Shown here: piece by piece, positions 9,957 to 19,010 of the stretch
Numbering within the stretch: position 1 is the first letter of the stretch
Layout of the letters: each line of letters opens with the position of its first letter
Source: Dickeya dadantii NCPPB 898
GTDB taxonomy: Bacteria; Pseudomonadota; Gammaproteobacteria; Enterobacterales; Enterobacteriaceae
Assembly: GCF_000406145.1 (NCBI RefSeq)
Contig: NZ_CM001976.1
Coordinates: forward strand, 1,360,729-1,392,728
Direction of reading: 5' to 3'
DNA: 32,000 nt
Position numbers and translations under genes: made by a program
The notes under the pieces: model-generated
What the model was told of the DNA's origin: nothing
Seen by the model: only the letters and a program-made list of their open reading frames with translations
Database searches by the model: none

Positions 9957-9970
9957 TAAGATGTCTCTGA
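9957..9970 (+). promoter_or_regulatory. Candidate RcsAB box (weak)
   Basis: TAAGATGTCTCTGA matches the strongly conserved positions of the RcsAB consensus TaAGaatatTCctA (T, AG, TC and A are all present; 9/14 overall). It lies in the AT-rich region about 290 bp upstream of the JUMPstart element. Confidence 0.2.
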
Positions 9971-10246
9971 TATATATAACTGTTTGTTTATTAATGATAA
10001 AAATATCTTTGCTCATAAGAGAAACTGCATGGAATGTTAGTATTTTTCCGAAAAAAAACACCAGGAAGATATTTGTCTTGTTATAAGCAAATATTTTTTA
10101 CTACTCTCCGGTGTGGCGATATTGACACATCTTTAAAAATATTTAATTCGAAACTTTAGTGTCATTAATGTTTTTGCAAGCCATTTTTACGAGTCAGTTA
10201 TGACGAGTCACAGCAATAGCTGGGCGAGTCTGAAACGAAAACGGGA

Positions 10247-10284
10247 CAGCGAGTTGGTAGCTACGAGCCAAGGGCGGTAGCGTA
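10247..10284 (+). promoter_or_regulatory. JUMPstart element containing the ops site (RfaH-dependent antitermination signal)
   Basis: CAGCGAGTTGGTAGCTACGAGCCAAGGGCGGTAGCGTA carries the upstream GGTAGC and the ops core GGCGGTAGCGT at 10273-10283. The position and orientation are those expected upstream of a long polysaccharide operon. Confidence 0.85.
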
Positions 10285-10458
10285 CCTGATGCGATTCACC
10301 CGACAGCCGCAAGCGGCGTTTCAGACCCAGCCCTCCAGGACGTTGAAACCGTTCAGCCACCGGCATTCAGGCCTTCCGCCTGTTGTTTGCCGATGGGCGA
10401 AGACGGAAACGATGTCAACGGATCCACCGTGAATTCCTGACGTGTGGGCTATCTGCTA

Positions 10459-10538
10459 CTCACTTGACTGAAAGGCGATGCAAAGGATGTTAAACCCGAC
10501 ACTGACGTTCAGACCGCTGGCACGACCCGCGGCATTCC
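10459..10538 (+). pseudogene. Degenerate copy of the wza RBS/start codon/signal-peptide region (relic, non-functional)
   Basis: By hand alignment to 10966-11048 there are 19/22 identities upstream of the ATG, a shared 13-mer AAAGGATGTTAAA over the start codon, and 26/34 ungapped identities from the ATG. The lipobox is lost (LTGA instead of LAGC). The downstream ORF has no convincing Wza-like body. Confidence 0.5.
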
Positions 10539-10996
10539 CCCTGACCGGCGCTTCGCCTGCGCCCGCGTCGCCTTTTTTTATCCGCAGCAACGATTTTGCT
10601 CACAGCAACGGCAATATAACCGCGCAGCCTGACGAAACGGGTCGCCATCAACCGGCCTGCGCTGACGCCATTCCCCTTTTCCAAATCAAAACGCATGCCT
10701 ATGGCTCGCGACGGCCTGGTCTTGTCTCCATCCGGACGGCAAGCGGCAAATCGCGTTCCTGTCGGAGGCTTATCACCTGAAACGACGCTTTACTTATTGT
10801 CAGTTTGAATATTTAAACGATGGTGAAGGTGATTTTGGTTATAAGTCTTTAGATTTTTGGGGCGGGGTGAAAACCTTTTCAAGAAAATCATTAGGGATCA
10901 ATGCATTGCGGAACGCTATCGGATCGTCCCATGCGTTATCGATCGGGCTGTACCGCTCTTTGTTTCTCACTTTACTAAAAAGCGATGGCATAAAGG

Positions 10997-12133
10997 ATGT
11001 TAAAACCAACACTGAAAGTTATACCGCTGATGTTGTCGGCGACATTCCTGGCTGGCTGTACGCTGGTGCCAGGTACGCACCTTTCTACCAGTGGAAAAGA
11101 GGTCGTAGAACAACCGGATGATGATTTCAACATCAATAAGCTGGTCAATATTTACCCTGTCACCCCGTTGCTGATAGAGAAAATGCGCCTGCGACCGGCG
11201 ATTGCCCAGAGTAACCCTTCGCTGGATGCGGAACTGAAACGTTACGAATACCGTATCGGCATCGGCGACGTCTTGATGGTTACCGTCTGGGATCACCCGG
11301 AATTGACCACGCCGGCGGGGACTTACCGCACCGCTGCTGACACCGGTAACTGGGTTCACTCGGACGGCACTATTTTTTACCCCTACATCGGCAAGTTGCG
11401 CGTTGTAGATAAAACCCTGACCGAGGTTCGCGAGGAAATCATGCGCCGTCTGGCGCAGTACATCGAATCGCCACAGGTGGAAGTGAGCATTGCCGCGTTC
11501 CGCTCGCAAAAAGCCTATGTGACCGGGGAAGTGGTGCGTTCGGGTCAGCAACCTATCTCCAACGTGCCGCTGACCATTCTGGATGCGATCAACAATGCCG
11601 GCGGGCTGAGCGAGTTTGCCGACTGGCGCAATCTGGTGCTGACGCATAACGGGAAAGATGAACGAATTTCCCTGCAGGCGCTGATGCAGAACGGCGATTT
11701 GTCCCAGAACCGCCTGTTGTACCCCGGCGACATCCTGTTCGTGCCGCGTAACGATGACCTGAAAGTGTTCGTGATGGGGGAAGTGAACAAACAGTCCACC
11801 CTCAAAATGGACCGCAGCGGCATGACGCTGACCGAGGCGCTGGGCAACGCGCAAGGGATGAACCAGATGGTGGCCGACGCCACCGGCGTGTTTGTTATCC
11901 GTCCGCTGCGCGGTACGCAAGGGCCGAAGCTGGCCAACATTTATCAGCTCAACACCAAAGACGCCACCGCGTTGGTGATGGGCTCCGAATTCCCGCTACA
12001 ACCGTATGACGTGGTGTATGTCACCTCGGCGCCGGTAGCGCGCTGGAACCGCCTGATTTCGCAACTGGTGCCGACCATCAGCGGGTTTAACGACCTGAGC
12101 GAAGGCAGCCTGCGCGTTCGTACCTGGCCGTAG
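10997..12133 (+). CDS. wza: Outer-membrane polysaccharide export lipoprotein Wza
   Basis: The ORF is 378 aa. It has the lipoprotein signal [21 protein letters not shown] and the motifs [32 protein letters not shown] and [12 protein letters not shown]. It is colinear with E. coli Wza. AAGGA lies before the ATG. Confidence 0.95.
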   Translation: MLKPTLKVIPLMLSATFLAGCTLVPGTHLSTSGKEVVEQPDDDFNINKLVNIYPVTPLLIEKMRLRPAIAQSNPSLDAELKRYEYRIGIGDVLMVTVWDHPELTTPAGTYRTAADTGNWVHSDGTIFYPYIGKLRVVDKTLTEVREEIMRRLAQYIESPQVEVSIAAFRSQKAYVTGEVVRSGQQPISNVPLTILDAINNAGGLSEFADWRNLVLTHNGKDERISLQALMQNGDLSQNRLLYPGDILFVPRNDDLKVFVMGEVNKQSTLKMDRSGMTLTEALGNAQGMNQMVADATGVFVIRPLRGTQGPKLANIYQLNTKDATALVMGSEFPLQPYDVVYVTSAPVARWNRLISQLVPTISGFNDLSEGSLRVRTWP

Positions 12134-12152
12134 CCGTAGGGGGGACGTGTCG

Positions 12153-12587
12153 ATGTTCAACAGTATTCTTGTTATTTGCGAGGGCAATATCTGTCGCTCA
12201 CCGACCGGCGAACGCCTGTTACAGCAGGCATTGCCGGGGAAAAAGGTGACATCCGCCGGCTGGCGGGCGATGGACGGAAAACCTGCCGATGAAACGGCCT
12301 GCCTGGTGGCCGCCGAACATGGTCTGTCGCTGGACGGGCATGTCGCGCGCCAGTTGACCGGATCGCTGTGCCGGCATTACGACCTGATTCTGGTGATGGA
12401 AAAGGCGCACATCGATGCCGTGTGCCGTTTCTCACCGGAAGTGCGCGGGAAAACGCTGCTGTTCGGGCACTGGCTTAACCAGCAGGAGATTACCGACCCG
12501 TACCGCAAGAGCCGGGAAGCCTTTGAGTTTGTGTATACCCAACTTGAACAATCTGCCCATAAGTGGGCGCAGGCGCTGAGCCGTTAA
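12153..12587 (+). CDS. wzb: Low-molecular-weight protein-tyrosine phosphatase Wzb
   Basis: The track ORF starts at GTG 12147. The ATG at 12153 gives MFNSILVICEGNICRSPTGE (CX5R-S P-loop), as in E. coli Wzb, and is preceded by GGGGGA. A DPY motif is present. Confidence 0.95.
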   Translation: MFNSILVICEGNICRSPTGERLLQQALPGKKVTSAGWRAMDGKPADETACLVAAEHGLSLDGHVARQLTGSLCRHYDLILVMEKAHIDAVCRFSPEVRGKTLLFGHWLNQQEITDPYRKSREAFEFVYTQLEQSAHKWAQALSR

Positions 12588-12603
12588 CCAGTCAGGGATT
12601 ACG

Positions 12604-14784
12604 ATGTCAGAGAGAATTGCCGTGAAAAAATCTGAGGTGGACAAGGCGGATGAAGTTGACCTGGGGCGTTTACTGGGAACCGTACTGGATAACCGCTGGT
12701 TGATTATTAGCATTATTACTATTTTCACTATGCTGGGTATTCTTTATACGCTGCTGGCGACGCCGATTTACCAGTCAGATGCGCTGGTGCAAGTGGAACA
12801 GAATTCCAGTGACAATCTGCTTAAAGATATATCCAGTGTATTGCCGGATGCCAAGCCGGACTCCTCCGCAGAGATCGAACTGATCCAATCGCGTATGGTG
12901 ATTGGTAAAACTGTAGATGAGTTGGCATTAGATATTGAAGTCAAGGAGAAGTTTTTTCCCGTGGTTGGCAAAGGGGTAGCACGGTTGGTTGGTAAGAAAC
13001 CTGGTCGAATCTTGATACCTCGCCTGTCGGTGCCAGCGTCGCAGTTGGATGAACCAATGAAGCTGGAAATATTGGGAAACGGCGCTTACCGTCTCGATAT
13101 CAAAGATGAAGGAGCGTTTGACGGTAAGGTGGGGCAACTGGCGAGCCATAATGGCGTTGAACTATTGGTGAGCGATGTCGACGCTGTGCCGGGCACGGTA
13201 TTCACTGTGACGAAAAAGGGTGAGCGGAGCGCGATTGACAATGTGCTCGATAGTTTAACCGTGGCGGATAAAGGCAAAGACACCGGGATATTGGTTTTGA
13301 CCCTGACTGGGGAAGACCCAGTTCTGATCAATAAAATCCTCAATAGTATCAGCCAGAACTATCTGGAACAGAACGTGAACCGCAAGTCTGAAGAGGCAGG
13401 AAAAAGTCTGGAATTTTTGCAACGACAACTGCCGGTCGTGCGGGCGTCTCTGGAAGAGTCTGAGGATAAACTCAATAAATTTCGTCAGCAAAATGATTCA
13501 GTAGATCTCTCTATGGAGGCAAAATCTGTGCTGGACACCATGGTGGATGTGGAGTCCCAGCTCAATCAACTGACTTTTCGTGAAGCCGAGATCTCCAAGC
13601 TGTATACCCGCGAGCACCCTGCTTACCGGGCATTGCTGGAAAAGCGGGTTACGCTGGAAAAGGAGCGTAACAACCTGAACAAGCGCGTAAGCGGCATGCC
13701 CAAAACCCAGCAGGAAATTTTGCGGTTGACGCGGGATGTGAGTGTTGGACAGGAAGTGTATGTCCAGTTGATGAATAAACAGCAGGAATTAAGTATTAAC
13801 AAGGCCAGTACCGTCGGTAATGTACGCATCATTGACCTGGCCGAGGTACAGATAAAACCAGTGAAGCCGAAGAAAATACTGGTGATCCTGCTGGCTGTGC
13901 TCCTGGGCGGTGTGGTTGCGGTTGGATTCGTGCTGCTGAAGTCCCTGTTGCATCGCGGTATCGAAAGCCCGGAACAGCTGGAAGAACTGGGGATTAACGT
14001 GTACGCCAGCGTACCGCTGTCGGAATGGCAGCAGAAGAAAGACCGGGAGTTTGCCGGCAAGAACCGTAAACGCAATACCCGCTCCGATTCCCTGCTGGCG
14101 GTGGGCAACCCGGCCGATCTGGCGATCGAGGCGATCCGCAGCCTGCGTACCAGTCTGCACTTTGCGATGATGGAAGCGAAAAACAATGTGCTGATGATTT
14201 CCGGTGCCAGTCCGGGGATCGGCAAGTCCTTTATCAGTGCCAACCTGGGCGCGGTGGTAGCCCAGGCCGGGCAACGGGTGCTGATTGTTGACTGCGATAT
14301 GCGCAAAGGTTATGCCCATCATATGTTGGGTGTTACAGCAGATAACGGGTTGTCGGATATTCTTTCCGGACAAATTGAGGCTGAAAAAGCAACGCGCAGC
14401 ACTGCTGTGACCAATATGTTCTTTATTCCTCGTGGGCAAATCCCCCCCAACCCTTCGGAGTTGTTGATGCACAAGAACTTTGTCGCGTTTGTGGAATGGG
14501 CTGCTCAGAGTTTTGATATCGTGTTGCTGGATACGCCGCCGATTCTGGCGGTAACCGACGCGGCGATTATCGGCCGACAGGCGGGAACATCGCTGCTGGT
14601 GGCGAGATTTGAAACGAACACGCCGAAAGAGGTGGAAATCAGTATCCGACGCTTTGAGCAAAATGGCACGCCGATCAAGGGAGTGATTCTGAATGCGGTA
14701 ATTCGCCGTGCCCTGAGCTACTACAGCTATGGTTATGATTCATACCAATATTCTTATGATTCAGATAAAAAGAAGAGCGTATGA
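12604..14784 (+). CDS. wzc: Tyrosine autokinase / polysaccharide co-polymerase Wzc
   Basis: The ORF is 726 aa with two TM segments flanking a periplasmic coiled region. It has Walker A GASPGIGKS, A' LIVDCDMRKG, Walker B DIVLLDTPP and a C-terminal tyrosine cluster YYSYGYDSYQYSYDS. Confidence 0.96.
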   Translation: MSERIAVKKSEVDKADEVDLGRLLGTVLDNRWLIISIITIFTMLGILYTLLATPIYQSDALVQVEQNSSDNLLKDISSVLPDAKPDSSAEIELIQSRMVIGKTVDELALDIEVKEKFFPVVGKGVARLVGKKPGRILIPRLSVPASQLDEPMKLEILGNGAYRLDIKDEGAFDGKVGQLASHNGVELLVSDVDAVPGTVFTVTKKGERSAIDNVLDSLTVADKGKDTGILVLTLTGEDPVLINKILNSISQNYLEQNVNRKSEEAGKSLEFLQRQLPVVRASLEESEDKLNKFRQQNDSVDLSMEAKSVLDTMVDVESQLNQLTFREAEISKLYTREHPAYRALLEKRVTLEKERNNLNKRVSGMPKTQQEILRLTRDVSVGQEVYVQLMNKQQELSINKASTVGNVRIIDLAEVQIKPVKPKKILVILLAVLLGGVVAVGFVLLKSLLHRGIESPEQLEELGINVYASVPLSEWQQKKDREFAGKNRKRNTRSDSLLAVGNPADLAIEAIRSLRTSLHFAMMEAKNNVLMISGASPGIGKSFISANLGAVVAQAGQRVLIVDCDMRKGYAHHMLGVTADNGLSDILSGQIEAEKATRSTAVTNMFFIPRGQIPPNPSELLMHKNFVAFVEWAAQSFDIVLLDTPPILAVTDAAIIGRQAGTSLLVARFETNTPKEVEISIRRFEQNGTPIKGVILNAVIRRALSYYSYGYDSYQYSYDSDKKKSV

Positions 14785-15284
14785 CCTGAGTACTCATTAT
14801 TCGAGTTCGGGGGTATCCGGAGAAAAAAGTTAAAGAATGGGATTGCTGATTAATTTTTTTCGGCCTGAACGTGTTTCCCGACGAATAACGCCGATGGGGT
14901 GGTTTCTCCGCACTGGCCGAGTCTAAACCGGTTGTACCAATTACACTTATTGAGGTGGGGTCTTAGTATTATTGCCTGGAGCAAACTAAATAAGTTTTTA
15001 GTAAGATATTTTTTAAATTACAGTTAGTTCTAATTTATATCTCTCAATTCGTTAAATGTATTTATTTCTGGCGATCGGACGATTTTTGCCGCAATACTGA
15101 GAGTAGACGATGCAGTACCTTGCCATAAGCGAGATTCAAACATTAAGTGCATTAAATTATTTGTTCTGAGTCAACATCATATCTATCTAATAGAGCGGTA
15201 TTTTCTTATGCTTTGGGCATGAAAAAATACTTATTCTATTTGGCAGGTTTATAGCTGTGTTATCAATGATTGATAGGGGGAGAA

Positions 15285-16700
15285 ATGATTTTCTTCGCGA
15301 GAAACTTCTGGAGCAGTGTATTGCTGGTGCTATCTGATCTGGCGAGCTTTATACTGTCTCTCTATTTAGCTATAGGTGTATTGAGCCGCGCAGATCTGCG
15401 CATTCCAGATAACCAGGCTGAGGGGTGGATAGCATTACACTGGCTGTTGGCATTTTGCTGTGTGGGTTGGTTCTGTGTACGATTGCAGCATTACTCTTAT
15501 CGTAAGACCTTCCTGATAGAACTTAAGGAAACTCTGCGCACGTTGATCATCTTTGCGATGATTGAAATAGTGGTGGTAGCGTTTGCCGGGTGGTATTTCC
15601 CACGATACTTGTTGTTAACCTGGGTGTTTGTGCTGATTCTGGTTCCGGTAACGAGGGCAGTCGCAAAACGGGTACTGAACAAACTGGGTTTCTGGCAGCT
15701 TGATGCCATTATTGTTGGTAGCGGCCAAAATGCACGGGAAGCCTTTAAGGCGATTAAGAACGAACGTAACCTTGGGTTACGCGTCATCGGGTTTATTTCC
15801 AGTGACGTGGAAGATAAACAAGGAGACACCATTGAAGGCATACCAGTGATGTTATATGACGTTACATGGTTGCAACGCCAGGTGAACAAAGAAACGCGGT
15901 TTATTGTCGCCGTGGAATCGCCTCAGAGTGATATTCGTAATGCCTGGTTACGGGAGTTTATGATCAACGGCTACCGCTATGTTTCAGTAATCCCCACTCT
16001 GCGGGGCATGCCGCTGTACAGTACCGACATGTCGTTTATCTTCAGCCATGAAATGATGATCTTCCGCGTGCATCAGAATCAGGTTGAATGGTCTTCTCGT
16101 GTATTGAAGCGTGCGTTTGATATCTTCGGCTCCCTCGTCATTATTATTCTGCTCTCGCCTTTATTAGCCTATATCCGCTACAAGGTGAGACAGGATGGAG
16201 GTCCGGCACTCTATGGTCATGAGCGTATTGGTAAAGGCGGGAGACCCTTTCGGTGCCTGAAATTCCGCTCTATGGTCATCAATTCCAAAGAGGTACTCGC
16301 TGAACTGTTGGCAAGCGATCCAGAAGCTCGCGCTGAATGGGATGCCACCTTTAAACTGAAAAACGACCCACGCATTACCCGAATCGGTCATTTTCTGCGT
16401 AAAACCAGTCTTGATGAATTACCTCAACTGTTTAACGTACTGAAAGGTGAGATGAGCCTGGTGGGGCCACGTCCAATTATTGCCGCGGAACTGGAACGTT
16501 ATTCTGACGAGGTGGATTACTATTTGCTGAGCAAGCCGGGTATGACTGGTCTGTGGCAGGTAAGTGGTCGCAGCGATGTAGATTATGCGACCCGTGTTTA
16601 TCTGGATGCCTGGTACGTGAAGAACTGGTCCATGTGGAATGATGTCGCCATCCTGTTTAAAACTGTTGGTGTTGTGCTGAAAAAAGATGGCGCGTATTAA
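15285..16700 (+). CDS. Initiating undecaprenyl-phosphate hexose-1-phosphate transferase (WbaP/WcaJ/AmsG family; Gal versus Glc specificity not decidable)
   Basis: The track ORF starts at TTG 15270. The ATG at 15285 follows GGGGGAGA. The N-terminal half is polytopic. The C-terminal bacterial sugar transferase domain carries KFRSM, DELPQLFNVLKGEMSLVGPRP and PGMTGLWQVSGRS. Confidence 0.9.
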   Translation: MIFFARNFWSSVLLVLSDLASFILSLYLAIGVLSRADLRIPDNQAEGWIALHWLLAFCCVGWFCVRLQHYSYRKTFLIELKETLRTLIIFAMIEIVVVAFAGWYFPRYLLLTWVFVLILVPVTRAVAKRVLNKLGFWQLDAIIVGSGQNAREAFKAIKNERNLGLRVIGFISSDVEDKQGDTIEGIPVMLYDVTWLQRQVNKETRFIVAVESPQSDIRNAWLREFMINGYRYVSVIPTLRGMPLYSTDMSFIFSHEMMIFRVHQNQVEWSSRVLKRAFDIFGSLVIIILLSPLLAYIRYKVRQDGGPALYGHERIGKGGRPFRCLKFRSMVINSKEVLAELLASDPEARAEWDATFKLKNDPRITRIGHFLRKTSLDELPQLFNVLKGEMSLVGPRPIIAAELERYSDEVDYYLLSKPGMTGLWQVSGRSDVDYATRVYLDAWYVKNWSMWNDVAILFKTVGVVLKKDGAY

Positions 16701-16915
16701 TTAAGGATGAATGAGAGAGTTGTAAAAATAGTATTTTAATAATTAGTGTGCTATATCGGCCTGCTATTCTAAATAAAAATAAATAAATTTATTCGCAGCG
16801 AAATCATACAAGGCTTTTTTAGCTTTGTTGCTACTTTTACTGAAAATATAACGGCAGAATAATAAATGTTTTCTTGCCGCTGATATCAAGTGCAGTTAAT
16901 CAAACGGAAATATGT

Positions 16916-17827
16916 ATGCGACATTTTTTGTCAATACCAACCTACAATGGAAATGCTATCTGGAAGGCATCGGTAGAGAATATCAAAAAATATGGCGGTG
17001 ATAATCTGTATGTACAAGTCATCGATTCCAGCAGTAAGGATGATACAGTTGAGGTAGCGAAGCGTGCCGGGTTTGAGGTGGAGATTATTGATAGCAACGA
17101 TTTCAATCATGGCGGCACCCGCAATCTGGCGTTGGAGAAGCATATCGATAATTATGATATCGCCGTATTCCTAACTCAGGATGCTATCCCTGAGTCTGGT
17201 TTTATCGAAAAAATTGTTGCCGCTTTTGAGGACCCGAGCATCGCTTGTGCGTATGGCAGGCAACTGCCACACCACGATGCCAACCCTATCGCCCGTCATG
17301 CTCGTTACTTTAATTATCCGGATCGTGGTCATGTGTGCGGTATGGAAGACGCACCACGGCTTGGTATTAAAACTGTGTTTATGTCCAATTCGTTTTCGGC
17401 TTACCGGGTTTCAGTGTTTAAAAAATTAGGCGGTTTTCCGTCAGATACCATCCTTTGCGAAGATATGTATTTTACCGCTAAAGCGGTGCTGGCTGGTTAT
17501 AAAGTGGCATATGTGGCTGATGCAGCGGTGAGGCATTCCCATAATTACAGCCCAATGGAAGAGTTCAGGCGTTATTTTGATATCGGCGTTTTTCACGCGG
17601 ATGAACCCTGGATTAGGGAGAAGGTAGGAGGAGCCGGCGGAGAAGGACTAAAATTTATCTTTTCAGAACTGCGTTACCTGTTAACACATGGTATCCGATA
17701 TATTCCTGTTGCCTTGTTGAATAATTTTATGAAGATTACGGGTTATAAACTTGGTCAAAAGTATGGCAAGTTGCCTAAATCAGTGATTCAGGTTTGCAGT
17801 ATGCATAAGCGATTTTGGCGAGACTAA
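16916..17827 (+). CDS. GT2-family glycosyltransferase, rhamnosyltransferase-like
   Basis: The track ORF starts at TTG 16874; the ATG at 16916 (MRHFLSIPTYNG) is the more plausible start. It has LSIPTYNG, VIDSSSKDDT, FNHGGTRN and LTQDA (a DXD-like motif). This layout is typical of GT-A fold rhamnosyltransferases. The acceptor and donor are not provable from sequence. Confidence 0.75.
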   Translation: MRHFLSIPTYNGNAIWKASVENIKKYGGDNLYVQVIDSSSKDDTVEVAKRAGFEVEIIDSNDFNHGGTRNLALEKHIDNYDIAVFLTQDAIPESGFIEKIVAAFEDPSIACAYGRQLPHHDANPIARHARYFNYPDRGHVCGMEDAPRLGIKTVFMSNSFSAYRVSVFKKLGGFPSDTILCEDMYFTAKAVLAGYKVAYVADAAVRHSHNYSPMEEFRRYFDIGVFHADEPWIREKVGGAGGEGLKFIFSELRYLLTHGIRYIPVALLNNFMKITGYKLGQKYGKLPKSVIQVCSMHKRFWRD

Positions 17828-17920
17828 GCGACGGCTGGATGTCAACATTATCGTTTGGGGATGTTTAAGACGGTTATGAGTAAATCCATATCTTAATTTT
17901 TTTTTGAAAGGTCACTATTC

Positions 17921-18985
17921 ATGAATATTCTGGTAACGGGTGGGGCTGGGTTCATTGGTTCGGCCGTGGTGCGTCATATCATTCAGCATACTCAGGACCG
18001 GGTAATGGTGGTGGATTGCCTGACTTATGCCGGTAATCTGGCGTCGTTGAAAGAGGTGGCATCCGACCCCCGCTTTTTGTTTGAGAAAGTCAACATCTGT
18101 GACCGGGCTGGGCTGGATCGGGTGTTTGCGACCTTTCAGCCGGATGCGGTAATGCATCTGGCGGCGGAAAGCCATGTCGATCGTTCCATCGACGGCCCCT
18201 CCGCTTTCATTGAAACCAATATCACCGGGACTTACACCCTGCTGGAGGCGGCGCGGCAGTACTGGTCGGCGCTGCCGGAGGCGAGCAGGGCGGCATTCCG
18301 CTTCCATCATATCTCGACGGATGAAGTGTACGGCGACCTACACGGCACCGACGATCTGTTTACGGAAACCACGCCTTACGCGCCGAGCAGTCCGTACTCT
18401 GCCTCCAAGGCCGCCAGCGATCATCTGGTGCGTGCCTGGCTGCGGACTTACGGTCTGCCGACGCTGGTGACCAACTGCTCCAACAACTACGGCCCGTATC
18501 ATTTCCCGGAAAAGTTGATTCCGCTGATGATTCTCAACGCGCTGGACGGCAAACCGCTGCCGGTTTACGGCCAGGGCAACCAGATCCGCGACTGGCTATA
18601 CGTCGAAGATCATGCCCGGGCGCTCTACACCGTCGTGACCACCGGCGAGGTCGGGGAAACCTACAACATTGGCGGGCATAACGAACGGAAAAACATTGAG
18701 GTGGTGAAAACCATCTGCGCCTTACTGGATGAACTGCGGCCGGAGAAGCCGGCAGGCATCCGCCACTATGACGAGCTGATCACCCATGTGACCGATCGTC
18801 CGGGGCACGATCTGCGTTATGCGATCGACGCGTCGAAAATCTACCGTGAACTGGGCTGGAAACCGCAGGAAACCTTCGAATCCGGCATCCGCAAAACGGT
18901 GGAATGGTATCTGGCGAACGAGGCCTGGTGGCGCAGCGTTAAGGATGGCTCCTATACCGGTGAACGCTTAGGTTTAACCCTTTAA
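17921..18985 (+). CDS. rmlB: dTDP-glucose 4,6-dehydratase
   Basis: The ORF is 354 aa. It has [14 protein letters not shown], the catalytic YSASKA (YxxxK) and [17 protein letters not shown]. Confidence 0.97.
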   Translation: MNILVTGGAGFIGSAVVRHIIQHTQDRVMVVDCLTYAGNLASLKEVASDPRFLFEKVNICDRAGLDRVFATFQPDAVMHLAAESHVDRSIDGPSAFIETNITGTYTLLEAARQYWSALPEASRAAFRFHHISTDEVYGDLHGTDDLFTETTPYAPSSPYSASKAASDHLVRAWLRTYGLPTLVTNCSNNYGPYHFPEKLIPLMILNALDGKPLPVYGQGNQIRDWLYVEDHARALYTVVTTGEVGETYNIGGHNERKNIEVVKTICALLDELRPEKPAGIRHYDELITHVTDRPGHDLRYAIDASKIYRELGWKPQETFESGIRKTVEWYLANEAWWRSVKDGSYTGERLGLTL

Positions 18986-19010
18986 TCGTATTTTTGTTAA
19001 GGAAAGTTCA

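Noticed and set aside
10122-10127. Perfect TTGACA as the -35 of the cps promoter
   Set aside because: No acceptable -10 hexamer lies at 16-18 bp spacing; the candidates are AATTCG and TAATTC. The promoter cannot be placed by eye, so no promoter feature is called.
10478-10780. 100-aa ORF in the cps leader as a real gene
   Set aside because: Only its first 18 or so codons resemble anything (the wza signal peptide). The rest is P/A/R/S-rich with no Wza body, and the lipobox is lost. It is interpreted as a relic, not a functional CDS.
10867-11121. 84-aa ORF overlapping the wza start
   Set aside because: It is out of frame with wza, which is strongly supported. It has no RBS.
11000-14661. Long minus-strand ORFs (11000-11920, 11545-11940, 13623-14306, 13789-14661)
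   Set aside because: They are antisense to wza and wzc, both of which are identified by multiple motifs. The antisense products are low-complexity and R/H/Q-rich.
14799-14807. ATTCGAGTT just after wzc, identical to the first 9 nt of the ERIC terminus
   Set aside because: The match is only 9 nt and no other ERIC segment follows. It is treated as coincidence, not a third ERIC copy.
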